Assembly (NCBI GenBank): GCA_963768655.1
Contig: CAVYIM010000004.1
Span: 448,001 to 512,000 of the forward strand
Length of the DNA stretch: 64,000 bases
Reading direction: 5' to 3'
DNA from: an uncultured Chloroflexia bacterium
GTDB lineage: Bacteria; Chloroflexota; Limnocylindria; Limnocylindrales; CSP1-4
A program made the translations under genes and the position numbers. The notes under the pieces were generated by a model that saw nothing but the letters and a program-made list of their open reading frames with translations, did no database searches and was not told where the DNA came from. This document shows, in pieces, positions 9,511 through 19,832 of this stretch. Each line of letters starts with the position of its first letter. Position 1 is the stretch's first letter.

Positions 9511-11709
9511 TCAGCTGGGCTCGGCCGCGGCCCGCCGGCTGGCCGGCCGCCTGACCTCGATGCCGGCGGCGGGGAGGTACATCCGCTCCGTGTACTCGTG
9601 CAGCATCCGCATCGTCGAGAACCGCCAGATCGTGCTGGCGATCGATCGCCGCATCTCGGCAGTCCAGCCGGTCGGCGTGTCGTCCTCGTCGCGGCCGTAG
9701 TAGAGCGGCACGACCTCCTGCTCGAGGAGCCGGTAGAGATCCTGGGCGTCGGCATAGTCCTGAGCGCCTTCGTCCGGATTCGTTTCGCGCCCGCCGATGG
9801 CCCAGCCGTTGTCGCCGACCCAGCCCTCGTCCCACCAGCCGTCGAGAACGGAGAGGTTCACGACGCCGTTGCACGCGGCCTTCATGCCGCTCGTGCCGGA
9901 GGCTTCCAGCGGCCGGCGCGGGTTGTTCAGCCAGACGTCGACGCCCTGGACCAGGAAACGGGCGACGCGTATGTCGTAGTCCTCCAGGATGAAGACCCGG
10001 CCGCGCAGCTGGGGCGAGCGCGAGCGGGCGAAGATCTCCTGGATCACGCCCTGGCCGGGCCGGTCGGCCGGGTGGGCCTTGCCGGCGAAGATTATCTGGA
10101 CGGGCCGCTCCTTGTTCCAGAGCAGCTGTGAGATGCGGTCCATGTCGGAGAAGATGAGGCGGGCTCGCTTGTAGGTCGCGAACCGGCGGGCAAAGCCGAT
10201 CGTCAGGGCACTGACGTCGAGGACGGATTCGAGCTCTTCCAGCACGCCGGGCGCCTCGCCGTGGCGGGCGAACTGATGGCGCAGGCGATTGCGGGCGAAG
10301 ATCATCAGCTCGAGCTTCTGGCGCTGGTGCGAGCTCCAGAGCTCGATGTCGGGGATCTGGTCGGTGCGCTCCCAGAAGCGCTCGGTGCCGTTGCGGGCGT
10401 CGAGGCTGTCGAGCTGGGCGCCGAGGTAGCGCTCGAACAGCTCGCCGACGGGCTGGCCGACCCACGAAGGGATGTGGACGCCGTTGGTCACGGCGATGAT
10501 CTGCTTGCCTCCCAGGCCCTGCCAGGTGTTGTTGGCGGTGACGCTGTGCAGCTTGCTCACCGCGTTGGCCGCGTTCGAGAGTCGCAGAGACAGAGCCGTC
10601 ATATCCAGCTGGCGGCCGTCCCCGTCGACGCCCCGAGCCAGGTCCAGGACCCGCTCGATCGGGACGCCGCCGGTTCCCTTCCGTCCGTCGCCGTCATAGA
10701 GCGGCCCGGCCACGCGCCGGACCAGGTCCGCGTCGAACCGCTCGTTGCCGGCGGAGACGGGCGTGTGGATGGTGAAGACGCTGTTGGAGCGGACGCGGTC
10801 CAGGGCCTCGTCGAGAGGCACTCGCTTTTCGACGAGGGCGCGGGTCCGCTCGACGAGCAGGAACGCCGAATGACCTTCGTTGAGGTGCCAGACCGCCGGC
10901 TCGATGCCGAGAGCCTTGATGGCGCGTACGCCGCCGGCGCCCAGGACCAGTTCCTGGTGGAGGCGCATCTCGCGGCCGCGGACGTACAGGATGTGGGTGA
11001 TCGGCCGGTCCGACTCGTCGTTGTCGGGAATGTCCGTGTCGAGGAGGAGCACCGGCACGCGGCCGACCTGGACGGACCAGACGGCGGCGGTGAGCATCCT
11101 CTCCGGCAGCTCCAGCTGGATGGCGAGCGGATCGCCGTCCGGGCCGACGACCCGCAGGATCGGCAGTCGCGTCAGGTCGTAGTCGGGGTAGGCATGCTCC
11201 TGGTGCCCGTCCGCGTCGATCGTCTGGCGGAAGTAGCCGTGCTTGTACAGCAGCCCGACGCCGATGAACGGCAGGGCCATGTCGCTGGCCGTCTTGATGT
11301 GGTCGCCGGCCAGAACGCCCAGGCCGCCGGAGTAGATACCGACGCTCTCGTGGAAGCCGTACTCGGCGCAGAAGTAGGCGATCGGACCCTTCATGGCGGA
11401 GCCGTACTCGCGGTTGAACCAGTGCTCCTTGCCGCCGGTCATGTAGCGGTCGAACTCGGCCAGGACCTGGCTGCACTCGGCCATGAAAGCCGGGTCGTCG
11501 AGCAGTTCCGACCAGGCGATCGGCTGCGACAGGACCTCGATCGGGTTGCGGTATCGCGACCAGGCGAGGCCGTCTATGCGGCTGAAGAGAGCCCGCGCTC
11601 GGGGGTTCCAGCTCCACCACATGTTGTAGGCGAGCCGCCGCAACCCCTCGAGCTGCGGAGGCAGCCGGAAGGATGCGCCCGGTAGAGTAGGAACGCGGAC
11701 AGGCTCCAT
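9511..11709 (-). CDS. glgP: Alpha-glucan (glycogen) phosphorylase
   Basis: [29 protein letters not shown] and [10 protein letters not shown] (PLP lysine) motifs. Confidence 0.95.
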   Translation of the reverse strand: MEPVRVPTLPGASFRLPPQLEGLRRLAYNMWWSWNPRARALFSRIDGLAWSRYRNPIEVLSQPIAWSELLDDPAFMAECSQVLAEFDRYMTGGKEHWFNREYGSAMKGPIAYFCAEYGFHESVGIYSGGLGVLAGDHIKTASDMALPFIGVGLLYKHGYFRQTIDADGHQEHAYPDYDLTRLPILRVVGPDGDPLAIQLELPERMLTAAVWSVQVGRVPVLLLDTDIPDNDESDRPITHILYVRGREMRLHQELVLGAGGVRAIKALGIEPAVWHLNEGHSAFLLVERTRALVEKRVPLDEALDRVRSNSVFTIHTPVSAGNERFDADLVRRVAGPLYDGDGRKGTGGVPIERVLDLARGVDGDGRQLDMTALSLRLSNAANAVSKLHSVTANNTWQGLGGKQIIAVTNGVHIPSWVGQPVGELFERYLGAQLDSLDARNGTERFWERTDQIPDIELWSSHQRQKLELMIFARNRLRHQFARHGEAPGVLEELESVLDVSALTIGFARRFATYKRARLIFSDMDRISQLLWNKERPVQIIFAGKAHPADRPGQGVIQEIFARSRSPQLRGRVFILEDYDIRVARFLVQGVDVWLNNPRRPLEASGTSGMKAACNGVVNLSVLDGWWDEGWVGDNGWAIGGRETNPDEGAQDYADAQDLYRLLEQEVVPLYYGRDEDDTPTGWTAEMRRSIASTIWRFSTMRMLHEYTERMYLPAAGIEVRRPASRRAAAEPS

Positions 11710-11909
11710 CTGTCGCGCATGATAGCCGACGGTGAAACGGGCAACGTTGCGTGTTTCCGGCCGCCGAACCGGCCGCGAATACGGCAGCTCGGCGATGCCC
11801 TCCGGCGCAGCTGCGACTACCATGACCGGACGCAGGGTCGATGGCCGCGTCGCCCTCACGCCGCACGACGCCTCGGCCCTCGCGCCGCCCCGAACATAGG
11901 AGCAACTGG

Positions 11910-13482
11910 ATGCGCGTCGTCTGCATCTCCGCCGAATGCGAGCCGTGGGCCAAGACGGGCGGGTTGGGGGACGTCGTCGACGCGCTGGCCCGGGCGGTGG
12001 CCGCGATCGGTCAACCGGAGCCCGCGGATTCGACCGTCGAACACGTGGTGCAGTCGCAGGTCTGGCTCGGCACGGGTGCCGTCATGGGCCAGGCGCCGGG
12101 CGGCGTAATGGCCCACGTCGAGCGACCCGTCGACGTCTTCCTGCCGTTGTACCGGGGCGTGCCCGTGCCAGATGGCGCGACGCGCACTCCGCTCGCCGTG
12201 CCCGACCCGCTGGCTCCCGAGGGCACGACGGAGGTCCACCTCGTCGAGTTCGAAGCGCGAGGCTATCGCGTCCGCCTGATCGACCACCCGCCGGCCTTCG
12301 ATCGCGAGGGCTTCTACGGCAACGACGATGGCGACTACCCCGACAACGGCTGGCGATTCGGGCTGCTGTGCCGGGCCGCGCTCGAGGCTCTCCTCGACGA
12401 CGACCGCCCGGTGGACGTGCTGCACCTCCACGACTGGCAGGCGATGCCGGCCGTCCTGCTGCGCGACGTCGCCTATGCCGGCTATCCGCGGATCTCGGGC
12501 GCGGCGGTCATGGTCACGATCCACAACCTGGCCTACCAGGGCTGGCTCTCGCGCGAACAGCTGGCGGGCCTCGCCGCGCCGGACGAGATCGCCCAGCTGG
12601 TGGGTCCGCACGCGGACGGGCTGTTGCTCCTGCGCGAGGGGGTCAAGCGGGCCGAGCTGGTGAACACCGTCAGCCCCGGCTACGCCGCGGAGATTGTGAC
12701 CCCGGCCTTCGGTATGGGCCTGGAGAACGTGCTGGCCGGCCTCGGCCATCGCTTCGGTGGGATCCTGAACGGCCTCGACACGGCCGCATGGGATCCGGCC
12801 ACCGACGAGGCGCTGCCGGCGCACTACTCGCGGGGCGACCTGGCAGGCAAGGCGGAATGCCGCCGGGCGCTGCTGACCGAGGTCGGATTCGATCCGGCCG
12901 ACGAGCGCGCGGTGCTGGGCATGATCGGCCGGCTGGATCCGCAGAAAGGCTTCGACCTGCTGGCCGGGGCGTCGAAGGATCTGCTCGTGGAAGGCGGTCG
13001 GATCGTCGTCCTGGGCACCGGCGACTCCAAGCTCATGACCGATCTGCGCACTCTCGCCAGGAAGCGTCCGGATGCCGTCGCGGTCATCGAGAGAATTCGA
13101 CCGGGCCCTGGCGCGGCGCATCTACGCCGGCTCGGACCTGTACCTGATGCCGTCGCGCTTCGAACCGTGCGGGCAGGGCCAGATGATCGCGCTGCGTTAC
13201 GGCACGCCGGCGATCGTCCACCGGACCGGTGGCCTGGCCGACACGGTCGTCGACGTGGACGCCTCGCCGGACGACGGAACGGGCTTCGTCTTCGAGGCGC
13301 CCAAGCCGGCGGCCCTGCTCGACGCGTGCAGCCGGGCGATGTCGCATTTCCACGCCGGCGGCCTGGCCTGGTCCGAGCTGCAGGACCGCGGCATGGCGAT
13401 CGACTGGTCCTGGGAGGCCGGGCCGGCGGACCAGTACGCGGCCTCCTACCGTCGAGCGATCTCGCTGCGAAAAGAGCGCTAG
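11910..13482 (+). pseudogene. glgA: Glycogen synthase split by a +1 frameshift near 13094 (real lesion or sequencing error)
   Basis: AKTGGLGDV, HLHDWQ, TIHNLAYQG and RLDPQKG lie in one frame; FDRALARRIYAGSDLYLMPSRFEPCG lies in another (13072-13482). One extra base in GAGAGAATTC. Confidence 0.88.
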
Positions 13483-13485
13483 ATC

Positions 13486-14907
13486 GTGCCCGAGGCACCG
13501 TGCGATCTGCTCGTCGTCGGGGCCGGCGCCGCCGGACTCACGGCTGCGCTGACCGCTGCCACGAGGGGCGGGCGCGTGATGGTGCTCACCAAGGGCCACG
13601 CCCCCGATTCTTCGAGCATGCACGCCCAGGGCGGGATCGCGGGCGCCGTCGGCGACGACGACACGGCCGCCCTCCATGCCGTCGATACGGAACGGGCCGG
13701 CCGGGAGCTGTGCCGGCCGAGCGCGGTGAAAGTGCTCACCGAAGAGGGACCGGAGCGCGTTCGGGAGCTCATCGCGATGGGCGTCCCGTTCGACCCGGAG
13801 CTGAGCCTCGAGGGCGGGCACTCTCGGCGGCGGGTCTCCAGCGTGGAGGGAGCCGCGACGGGATGGGCGGTCACGAGCGTGTTGGGCCGGCTGGCCGCGC
13901 GGACCGAGGGGATCGCCACGCGCGAAGCCACGAACGCACTGGCGCTCTGGATCGAAGGCGGGCGCTGCCGGGGAGTGCTGACGCCGGACGGCCCGATCCC
14001 GGCCCGGGCCACGATTCTCGCGATGGGCGGCGCGGCGGCGCTGTGGGCCCGCAGCACGAACCCCGAGGGTCAGATCGGCGACGGCATCGCCATCGCGTTC
14101 GCGGCCGGGGCGGCAGTCGCGGACCTGGAGTTCATGCAGTTCCACCCGACTGTTCTCGCCGGATCGCGGTTGCTCCTCACCGAAGCCCTCCGCGGGGAGG
14201 GTGCCACGCTGCTTGACATTGAAGGCCGGCGGTTCGTCGACGAGTTGGCGCCGCGGGACGAGGTCGCGCGAGCGATCGTCCGCAAAGGCCCGGTTTGGCT
14301 GGACCTGCGATCGATCGACCGGTCGCGTTTCCCGGGCCTGATGGTCGAGATCGAGAAGGCCGGCTTCGATCCGGCGAGCGAGCCGATCCCGGTCTCCCCG
14401 GCGGCTCACTACACCATTGGCGGCGTGGTGACGGACCTCGTCGGGCAGACGGATATCCCCGGCCTGTTCGCGGCCGGGGAAAGCGCCGCAACCGGCGTCC
14501 ACGGGGCAAACAGGCTCGCCTCCAACTCGCTGCTCGAGTGCCTGGTGTTCGGGCGGCGGGCGGCGCTGGCCGCCCTGGACGAGCCCGCGCCTCCGCCGCG
14601 GCTCGCCGCGCCGCCGCGGCCCGAGTTGCCGCCGCGGCCCGCCGCGCCTCCGCCGCCGCGGACCGCCTCGCAGGAATTGCGAGATCAGGTCTGGCGCGAG
14701 GCCGGGGTAATGCGCGACCGGGCCGACCTGACGGACCTGGCCCGTAGCCCGGACGTCGTGGCTTCGTTGGTCGCCATCTTCGCGCTCGCCCGCTCCGAAA
14801 GTCGCGGCGTCCATTACCGTATCGATGCCCCCATCGCCAATCCGGCCTTCGAAGGGCACTTCGTCCTCCGACCCGGGCACGAGCTGACACTGGAGCACTG
14901 GACTTGA
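13486..14907 (+). CDS. nadB: L-aspartate oxidase
   Basis: GAGAAG, AQGGIA, EGGHS, EFMQFHPT, TEALRGEG, AAHYTIGG and HGANRLASNSLLE motifs; adjacent to nadC and nadA. Confidence 0.93.
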   Translation: MPEAPCDLLVVGAGAAGLTAALTAATRGGRVMVLTKGHAPDSSSMHAQGGIAGAVGDDDTAALHAVDTERAGRELCRPSAVKVLTEEGPERVRELIAMGVPFDPELSLEGGHSRRRVSSVEGAATGWAVTSVLGRLAARTEGIATREATNALALWIEGGRCRGVLTPDGPIPARATILAMGGAAALWARSTNPEGQIGDGIAIAFAAGAAVADLEFMQFHPTVLAGSRLLLTEALRGEGATLLDIEGRRFVDELAPRDEVARAIVRKGPVWLDLRSIDRSRFPGLMVEIEKAGFDPASEPIPVSPAAHYTIGGVVTDLVGQTDIPGLFAAGESAATGVHGANRLASNSLLECLVFGRRAALAALDEPAPPPRLAAPPRPELPPRPAAPPPPRTASQELRDQVWREAGVMRDRADLTDLARSPDVVASLVAIFALARSESRGVHYRIDAPIANPAFEGHFVLRPGHELTLEHWT

Positions 14908-15833
14908 CCTCGCTCTCCGCCCCATCACCGGCCGCGGTCCCGCCGCCGCATTTCGCCCCGCCGCCCGCAGCCCGCAAGATCCGCCCGCCCGATCCGGCGG
15001 CGGTGGTTCGGGTCGTGGCTGCCGCCCTCGCGGAGGATCTGGCTCTCGGCGATCCGACCAGCGAGGGGCTCTTCGGGCCCGATGACACCTGCGAGACGAC
15101 GCTGCTGCAGAAGGAGCCGGGTGTGGTCTGCGGTCTCGGCGTAGTCGGCGGGGTGTTTGCCGCGCTGGATCCGTGGGTCGTCGTGACGGCGACCCACGCC
15201 GACGGCGACAGGATCGAGGCAGTCCCGGCGGAGGTGGCCCACATCGCCGGCCCCGCCCGCGCCGTCCTGGCCGGCGAGCGAACGGCGCTGAACCTGCTCG
15301 GCCGGCTGTCCGGGATCGCCACTCTCGCGGCGCGCTGCGTGGCGGAACTGGAGGGCACGGGGGCCGTGCTGCTCGACACGCGCAAGACCACGGCCGGGCT
15401 GCGGGAGCTCGAAAAGTACGCGGTCCGATGCGGGGGCGCGTCCAACCACCGCCTCAATCTGGGCGAGGCGCTTCTCGTCAAGGACAACCACCTGCGCCTG
15501 GCCGGTGGCATATCCGCGGCCGTAGCCCGGCTCCACGAAGTCCATTCGAGGCTCCGCCTGGAAGTCGAAGCGGAGACGCTCGACGACGTCCGCGAGGCGC
15601 TCGCGGCCGGCGTCAATCGGATCCTCCTGGACAACATGTCGATCGAGCTGATGCGCGAGGCGGTGGAGCTCTGCCACCACTCCGGCAACGGCGCGGTCGA
15701 AACCGAGGCATCCGGTGGCATCACTCTGGCCAATCTCCGGGCGGTCGGGGAGACCGGCGTCGACTACATCTCGATGGGCGCGCTGACACATTCGCCCCGC
15801 GCGCTGGACGTCTCGCTCGAGGTCGCCGGGTGA
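14904..15833 (+). CDS. nadC: Nicotinate-nucleotide diphosphorylase (quinolinate phosphoribosyltransferase)
   Basis: ERTALN, DTRKT, KDNH, EVE, LLDN, EASGGI and SMGALTHS motifs. Confidence 0.95.
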   Translation: MTSLSAPSPAAVPPPHFAPPPAARKIRPPDPAAVVRVVAAALAEDLALGDPTSEGLFGPDDTCETTLLQKEPGVVCGLGVVGGVFAALDPWVVVTATHADGDRIEAVPAEVAHIAGPARAVLAGERTALNLLGRLSGIATLAARCVAELEGTGAVLLDTRKTTAGLRELEKYAVRCGGASNHRLNLGEALLVKDNHLRLAGGISAAVARLHEVHSRLRLEVEAETLDDVREALAAGVNRILLDNMSIELMREAVELCHHSGNGAVETEASGGITLANLRAVGETGVDYISMGALTHSPRALDVSLEVAG

Positions 15834-16999
15834 GTTCGGCCGAAGGCGCCGACAAAGGGGCGTCCGGCCCGGCGTCGGCGCCCGAAACGGCCCCGGCGCC
15901 CGAACCGGTCTCGGCGTCCGGCGCGGTGTCGGCGGCCGAAACGGTCCCGGCGTCCGGCGCGGTGTCGGCGGCCGAACCACTGGGCCCCGGCCGGGCCACC
16001 GCGGCCGAATGCTCGGCGGCAGTCCGTGCCTCGGCCGCTCTCGCGATCCCCGTCGCCCCGCCCGGCGATCCCGCGACATTCCCGGCGCTCGTCACGGAGA
16101 TCCGCGCCCTCGCCCGCGAGCGCGACGCCGTCATCCTGGCTCACAGCTACGAGCGGCCCGAGATCCAGGACGTCGCCGACCACGTCGGCGACTCGCTGAT
16201 GCTCTCCCGAGTGGCGGCCACCGCGCCCCAATCGACGATCGTCTTCTGCGGCGTCTCGTTCATGGCCGAGACGGCCAAGATCCTCTCTCCGCGCAAGACG
16301 GTGCTCCTCCCGGATCTGGCGGCCGGCTGCTCCCTCGCTGACTCGATCACCGTCGAGCAGCTCCGGCAGTGGAAGCTCGAGCATCCGGGCGCGGTCGTCG
16401 TCTCGTACGTGAATACGACCGCGGCCGTCAAGGCGGAGAGCGACTACTGCTGCACCTCGGGCAACGCCCGGGCCGTGATCGAGGCGATCTCGCGCGACCG
16501 CCGGATCCTCTTCCTGCCGGACATGTTCCTGGGCTTGTGGCTGCAACGCGTGACCGGTCGCAAGCTCACGATCTGGCTCGGGGAGTGCCACGTCCACGCC
16601 GGCATTCGAGCCGCGGACGTCGAGCGCTGGCATCGCGATGAGCCCGGAGCCGATCTGCTCATCCATCCCGAATGCGGCTGCACCAGCCAGGTCATCGAAG
16701 CCGCCGGCGACCGGGCCCACATCCTCTCGACCGAGGGCATGGTCGCCTTCGCCGAACGTTCGAAGTCGGACAGCTTCCTGGTCGCGACCGAAATCGGCAT
16801 CCTCCACCGGCTGGCCCTGAGGGCACCGGGCAAGCGCTTCGTGCCGGTCAACCGCGAGGCCGTCTGCCAGTACATGAAGCTGGTCACGCTGGAGAAGGTC
16901 CGCGACTCGCTCCGCGACGGCGTCTACCCGATCGAGGTCCCGGCCGAAGTTGCGGCGAAGGCACGCCTGGCCCTGGAGCGCATGATCGCGATCGCCTGA
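15830..16999 (+). CDS. nadA: Quinolinate synthase with low-complexity N-terminal extension
   Basis: ILAHSY, GDSL, FCGVSFMAETAKIL, AGCSLA, YVNT, GECHVH, HPEC and CQYMK motifs; GTG overlaps the nadC stop, but the start is uncertain. Confidence 0.92.
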   Translation: MSSAEGADKGASGPASAPETAPAPEPVSASGAVSAAETVPASGAVSAAEPLGPGRATAAECSAAVRASAALAIPVAPPGDPATFPALVTEIRALARERDAVILAHSYERPEIQDVADHVGDSLMLSRVAATAPQSTIVFCGVSFMAETAKILSPRKTVLLPDLAAGCSLADSITVEQLRQWKLEHPGAVVVSYVNTTAAVKAESDYCCTSGNARAVIEAISRDRRILFLPDMFLGLWLQRVTGRKLTIWLGECHVHAGIRAADVERWHRDEPGADLLIHPECGCTSQVIEAAGDRAHILSTEGMVAFAERSKSDSFLVATEIGILHRLALRAPGKRFVPVNREAVCQYMKLVTLEKVRDSLRDGVYPIEVPAEVAAKARLALERMIAIA

Positions 17000-17089
17000 A
17001 GCGGTCGAGTGTGGCCGGCCCGGGAGCCGGAGGCCTGCCAGCGAGTGGCTCGTTGCTGTTGGGAGTGGCCGACGCCGCGCCAGACCGAC

Positions 17090-17302
17090 TCCCATAGTTC
17101 CGAATTCCCATCACGAGGACATTGGGCTTGAGCACCCTGGCCGGCCTCGCCGGTTCGACCCGATTTCGCGCCTGTCCGGGCACCTTCCGAGGCGCGGGTG
17201 GGGCTTTCTGGGCCATAGCGAGGCAAGTATCGGGGGGTGGACCAGATGCTCCGACGACGGCCGGATCCGACTTGCCTTACGTCCGCCTGATGGGAAATGG
17301 GA
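17090..17302. other. Nested-hairpin intergenic element (candidate ncRNA or MITE-like element)
   Basis: TTCCCATCA 17105 / TGATGGGAA 17288, TCCCAT 17090 / ATGGGA 17297, AGGCAAGT 17221 / ACTTGCCT 17270, CGCGCCT 17167 / AGGCGCG 17190. Confidence 0.4.
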
Positions 17303-17445
17303 AATCGCCCGGTTCCGCGGGCGCAAACCATCCACCATGCCGGTGCCGCGCGGCCGTTGGCGTGCGGGGGCGTCACCCCACCGGGCGTCATTCGGCTCGA
17401 CGGTCGCTCGGCCGCTCGCGTCCACGCCCGCCTGGTTCGCCGCAG

Positions 17446-18024
17446 TCAGCTCGGGCGGCCGAGCTCGAGCTGGACCGCCTCCAGCTGCTCGACCTGGGCC
17501 AGGCGGGCGAAGACGTTGCCCGCCGACCTGTAGTGCTCTACCAGGCGCTCGTACTCGGTCGAGACCCAGGCGTAGTCGGGATGTCGGGCCTCCCATTCCC
17601 GCCGGAAGACCACGCCGCAGAGCCGGACCTGCATCAGCTCCTTGAGGCAGTTGAAGCACGGCTGGACCGTTGTGTAGAGAAAGGCGCCGTCCAGCGCCGT
17701 CCCGAAGCGCGCGGCGGTGAGCATGGCGTTCTGTTCCGCGTGTACGCACAGGCAGATGTCGTACAGCTTGCCCGACAGGCTGGCGTCGGGCTGTTCCCGC
17801 CGGATCGCACAGCGCCGGCATCCACGTTCGGATTCGGTGCAGTTCGGGTAGCCGGCCGGCGTTCCGTTGTAGCCGCTGCCCAGCACCCGGTTGTCGCGAA
17901 CGATCACGGCCCCCACGCGGGAGCCCATGCACTTCGCGCCGGATTCGACCACCATCGCCAGGCGCATGTAGAAGTCGTGGCGATTCCAGCCCGCGTCCGA
18001 AAGTTCGATCACGTCCGCTGCCAT
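17446..18024 (-). CDS. dCMP deaminase family protein
   Basis: VGAVIV, GYNGTP, HAEQNA and PCFNC zinc motifs; GAGGAG RBS before the ATG at 18024. Confidence 0.9.
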   Translation of the reverse strand: MAADVIELSDAGWNRHDFYMRLAMVVESGAKCMGSRVGAVIVRDNRVLGSGYNGTPAGYPNCTESERGCRRCAIRREQPDASLSGKLYDICLCVHAEQNAMLTAARFGTALDGAFLYTTVQPCFNCLKELMQVRLCGVVFRREWEARHPDYAWVSTEYERLVEHYRSAGNVFARLAQVEQLEAVQLELGRPS

Positions 18025-18221
18025 CGAGGCTCCTCGCTCGTGCGTCCGCTCCATCCCGGCCGATGGCGCCGGGCCGCCGGGCCGGTCGATGGCGCAACGC
18101 CCTGGCCACCACCGTTCGCGGCGCGCGGCCTGACCGGCGTGCCCGTCGAAGGTACACGAGCGAAGGCGGGCTCGCTGGGTCGGCGCTCCAGCGGCGATTC
18201 ATCTGCTTCGCGAGGGGGTCG

Positions 18222-18243
18222 CGCCGGTAGAATGCTACCGGCG
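18222..18243 (+). promoter_or_regulatory. Perfect palindrome overlapping a TAGAAT -10 box (putative operator/promoter)
   Basis: CGCCGGTAG-aatg-CTACCGGCG upstream of 18279; the paralog also has TAGAAT at 19081. Confidence 0.45.
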
Positions 18244-18278
18244 TCAACGTGTGAGGCCGTTCTCTCGGGGGGCGATCG

Positions 18279-18908
18279 GTGTCGATAGTCCACCTGGCTG
18301 AGTTCTACGTCGTCCCCGGCCACGAGGCCGAGGTCGTGGGCTATCTGCGAAACGCCGTGCCGGGAAGCCGCTCTTCCGCCGGGTTCGCGACGATCTGCAT
18401 CGGTACGCGATTGCGCGGGCAGCGGCAGGAGCACATTGCCGTGGCGGACTGGCGAGACGAGCGGGACTACGCTCGTGGCACGAATCCGCTCGGCGTCCCC
18501 AGATACTTCTCTGCCAAAGCCGACCTTCTGAGCGAGCTGCGGTCCTCTGCATTCGACGCTTCGACGGCTATGGGCGAAGGGACGGGAGGCGCTCGGATCC
18601 TGCGCGTCTACAGGACCCACGTCGTCGCCGCCTCCCTCGCAGACTGGCACCGACGCACCGTGGAGCCGCTGACTCGTTTGTCGCAGAAGCAAGGGCTCCT
18701 CTACCTGCGGGCCGGCACGGGCCTCGCCGGGCCGGATGCACGCGGCGAAGTTCCGATTCTCATCCTGTGCGGCTGGCGAGATTGGGATGTCATGCTTGCC
18801 GCGACGGGCGGTCACATCGACCGGCCGGCCCAGGAGACCCATCTGGACGACCTGGAAGGCCCGAGCGATGTCGACCACTATGAGCTGATCGAGCCGGAAG
18901 AGCCCTGA
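18279..18908 (+). CDS. Hypothetical protein with two ABM/dimeric alpha-beta barrel-like repeats
   Basis: F-x-V-x-PG-x-E start and ..W(R/x)D(W/E) motifs in both halves; close paralog downstream. Confidence 0.65.
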   Translation: MSIVHLAEFYVVPGHEAEVVGYLRNAVPGSRSSAGFATICIGTRLRGQRQEHIAVADWRDERDYARGTNPLGVPRYFSAKADLLSELRSSAFDASTAMGEGTGGARILRVYRTHVVAASLADWHRRTVEPLTRLSQKQGLLYLRAGTGLAGPDARGEVPILILCGWRDWDVMLAATGGHIDRPAQETHLDDLEGPSDVDHYELIEPEEP

Positions 18909-19130
18909 TCGGCAGAGACCGCCCGAGAGCAGAGACCGTCCGATCCTCTGTCGTCGGCTGACGCTCCGGCCTGGCGCTGTCGGCCGCCTTTCGAGCGGGC
19001 ATAGTCGAAGGCAAGAGCGGGGTCCACACCAGGTAGCCCTCAAGTCGCATTGTATTTGTCTTGCGACCGAGTCAGACGGTTAGAATGCGGGCGTTCCCTC
19101 GCTGGGTCATGATCTCGGGGACGACCGACG

Positions 19131-19791
19131 GTGATAACCCACTTGCTGGAGTTCCGCGTGCTGCCCGGCCACGAGGCCGAGGTCGTGGGGTTTCTGCGCC
19201 ATTCCGAGACGAGGGAAGGCCGCTGCGCCGGGCTGATGATGCGATGCCTCGGACGGCGCCTCAGCCTGCATCGTCAGGAGCACATCATCGTCACGTGCTG
19301 GCGCGACGAAACGGCCTTCGCCGGCGGCACGGATCCCCTCGGAATGCCCGTCTCACTCTCCCCCAAGGCGGACCTTCTGAGCGATCGGCAGTCGTCCACA
19401 TTCCGCGTCGCGGCCGCCCTGGGCGACGGAACCGATGGTGTGCGCATCCTGCGCGTCTACCGAGCCGGGGTCGATGCCGAATTCCGTGGAGGAGTGGGCG
19501 AGCCGCGCCGTGGATCAGCTCCCGAGTTTGTCGGAAAGGGACGGCCTCGTCTGGGTCCGCGCCGGCCTGGACATCGCCGGCGCGGATTCCGGGGGCGAGG
19601 TATCGATCGTCGCCCTGTCGGCCTGGCGCGATTGGGACGCCGTGCTGACAGCGACCGGCGGACACATCGATCGTCTGGTCCAGTCAACCGACCTGACCGA
19701 CCTCGAACGTCCCATCGGCGTCAACCACTACGAGCTGCTCAGGCCGGACACGCGAACGCACGCGGATGAAGCGGCGAGGCGGGACGCGTAG
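19131..19791 (+). pseudogene. Paralog of 18279..18908 with a +1 frameshift near 19481
   Basis: Homology to the upstream gene continues in the 19435..19791 frame (WRDWDAVLTATGGHIDR...HYELL); the shift lies in GCCGAATTCCGTG. Confidence 0.75.
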
Positions 19792-19832
19792 AGCGTCTTC
19801 GACGCGGCAGGGCCCGGACCCGCTCCGCCACG

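Noticed and set aside
11841-14216. 791-aa GlgA fusion ORF
   Set aside because: Artefact of the frameshift near 13094; the tail is an off-frame reading of the glgA end and nadB.
17024-17040. AGCCGGAGGCCTGCC resembling a cobalamin riboswitch 3' end
   Set aside because: It lies right after the nadA stop, the upstream core motifs are missing, and there is no downstream same-strand gene.
17306-17337. tmRNA/tRNA-like end (hairpin plus TCCACCA)
   Set aside because: The loop is not a canonical TTCRA T-loop and no matching 5' acceptor strand was found.
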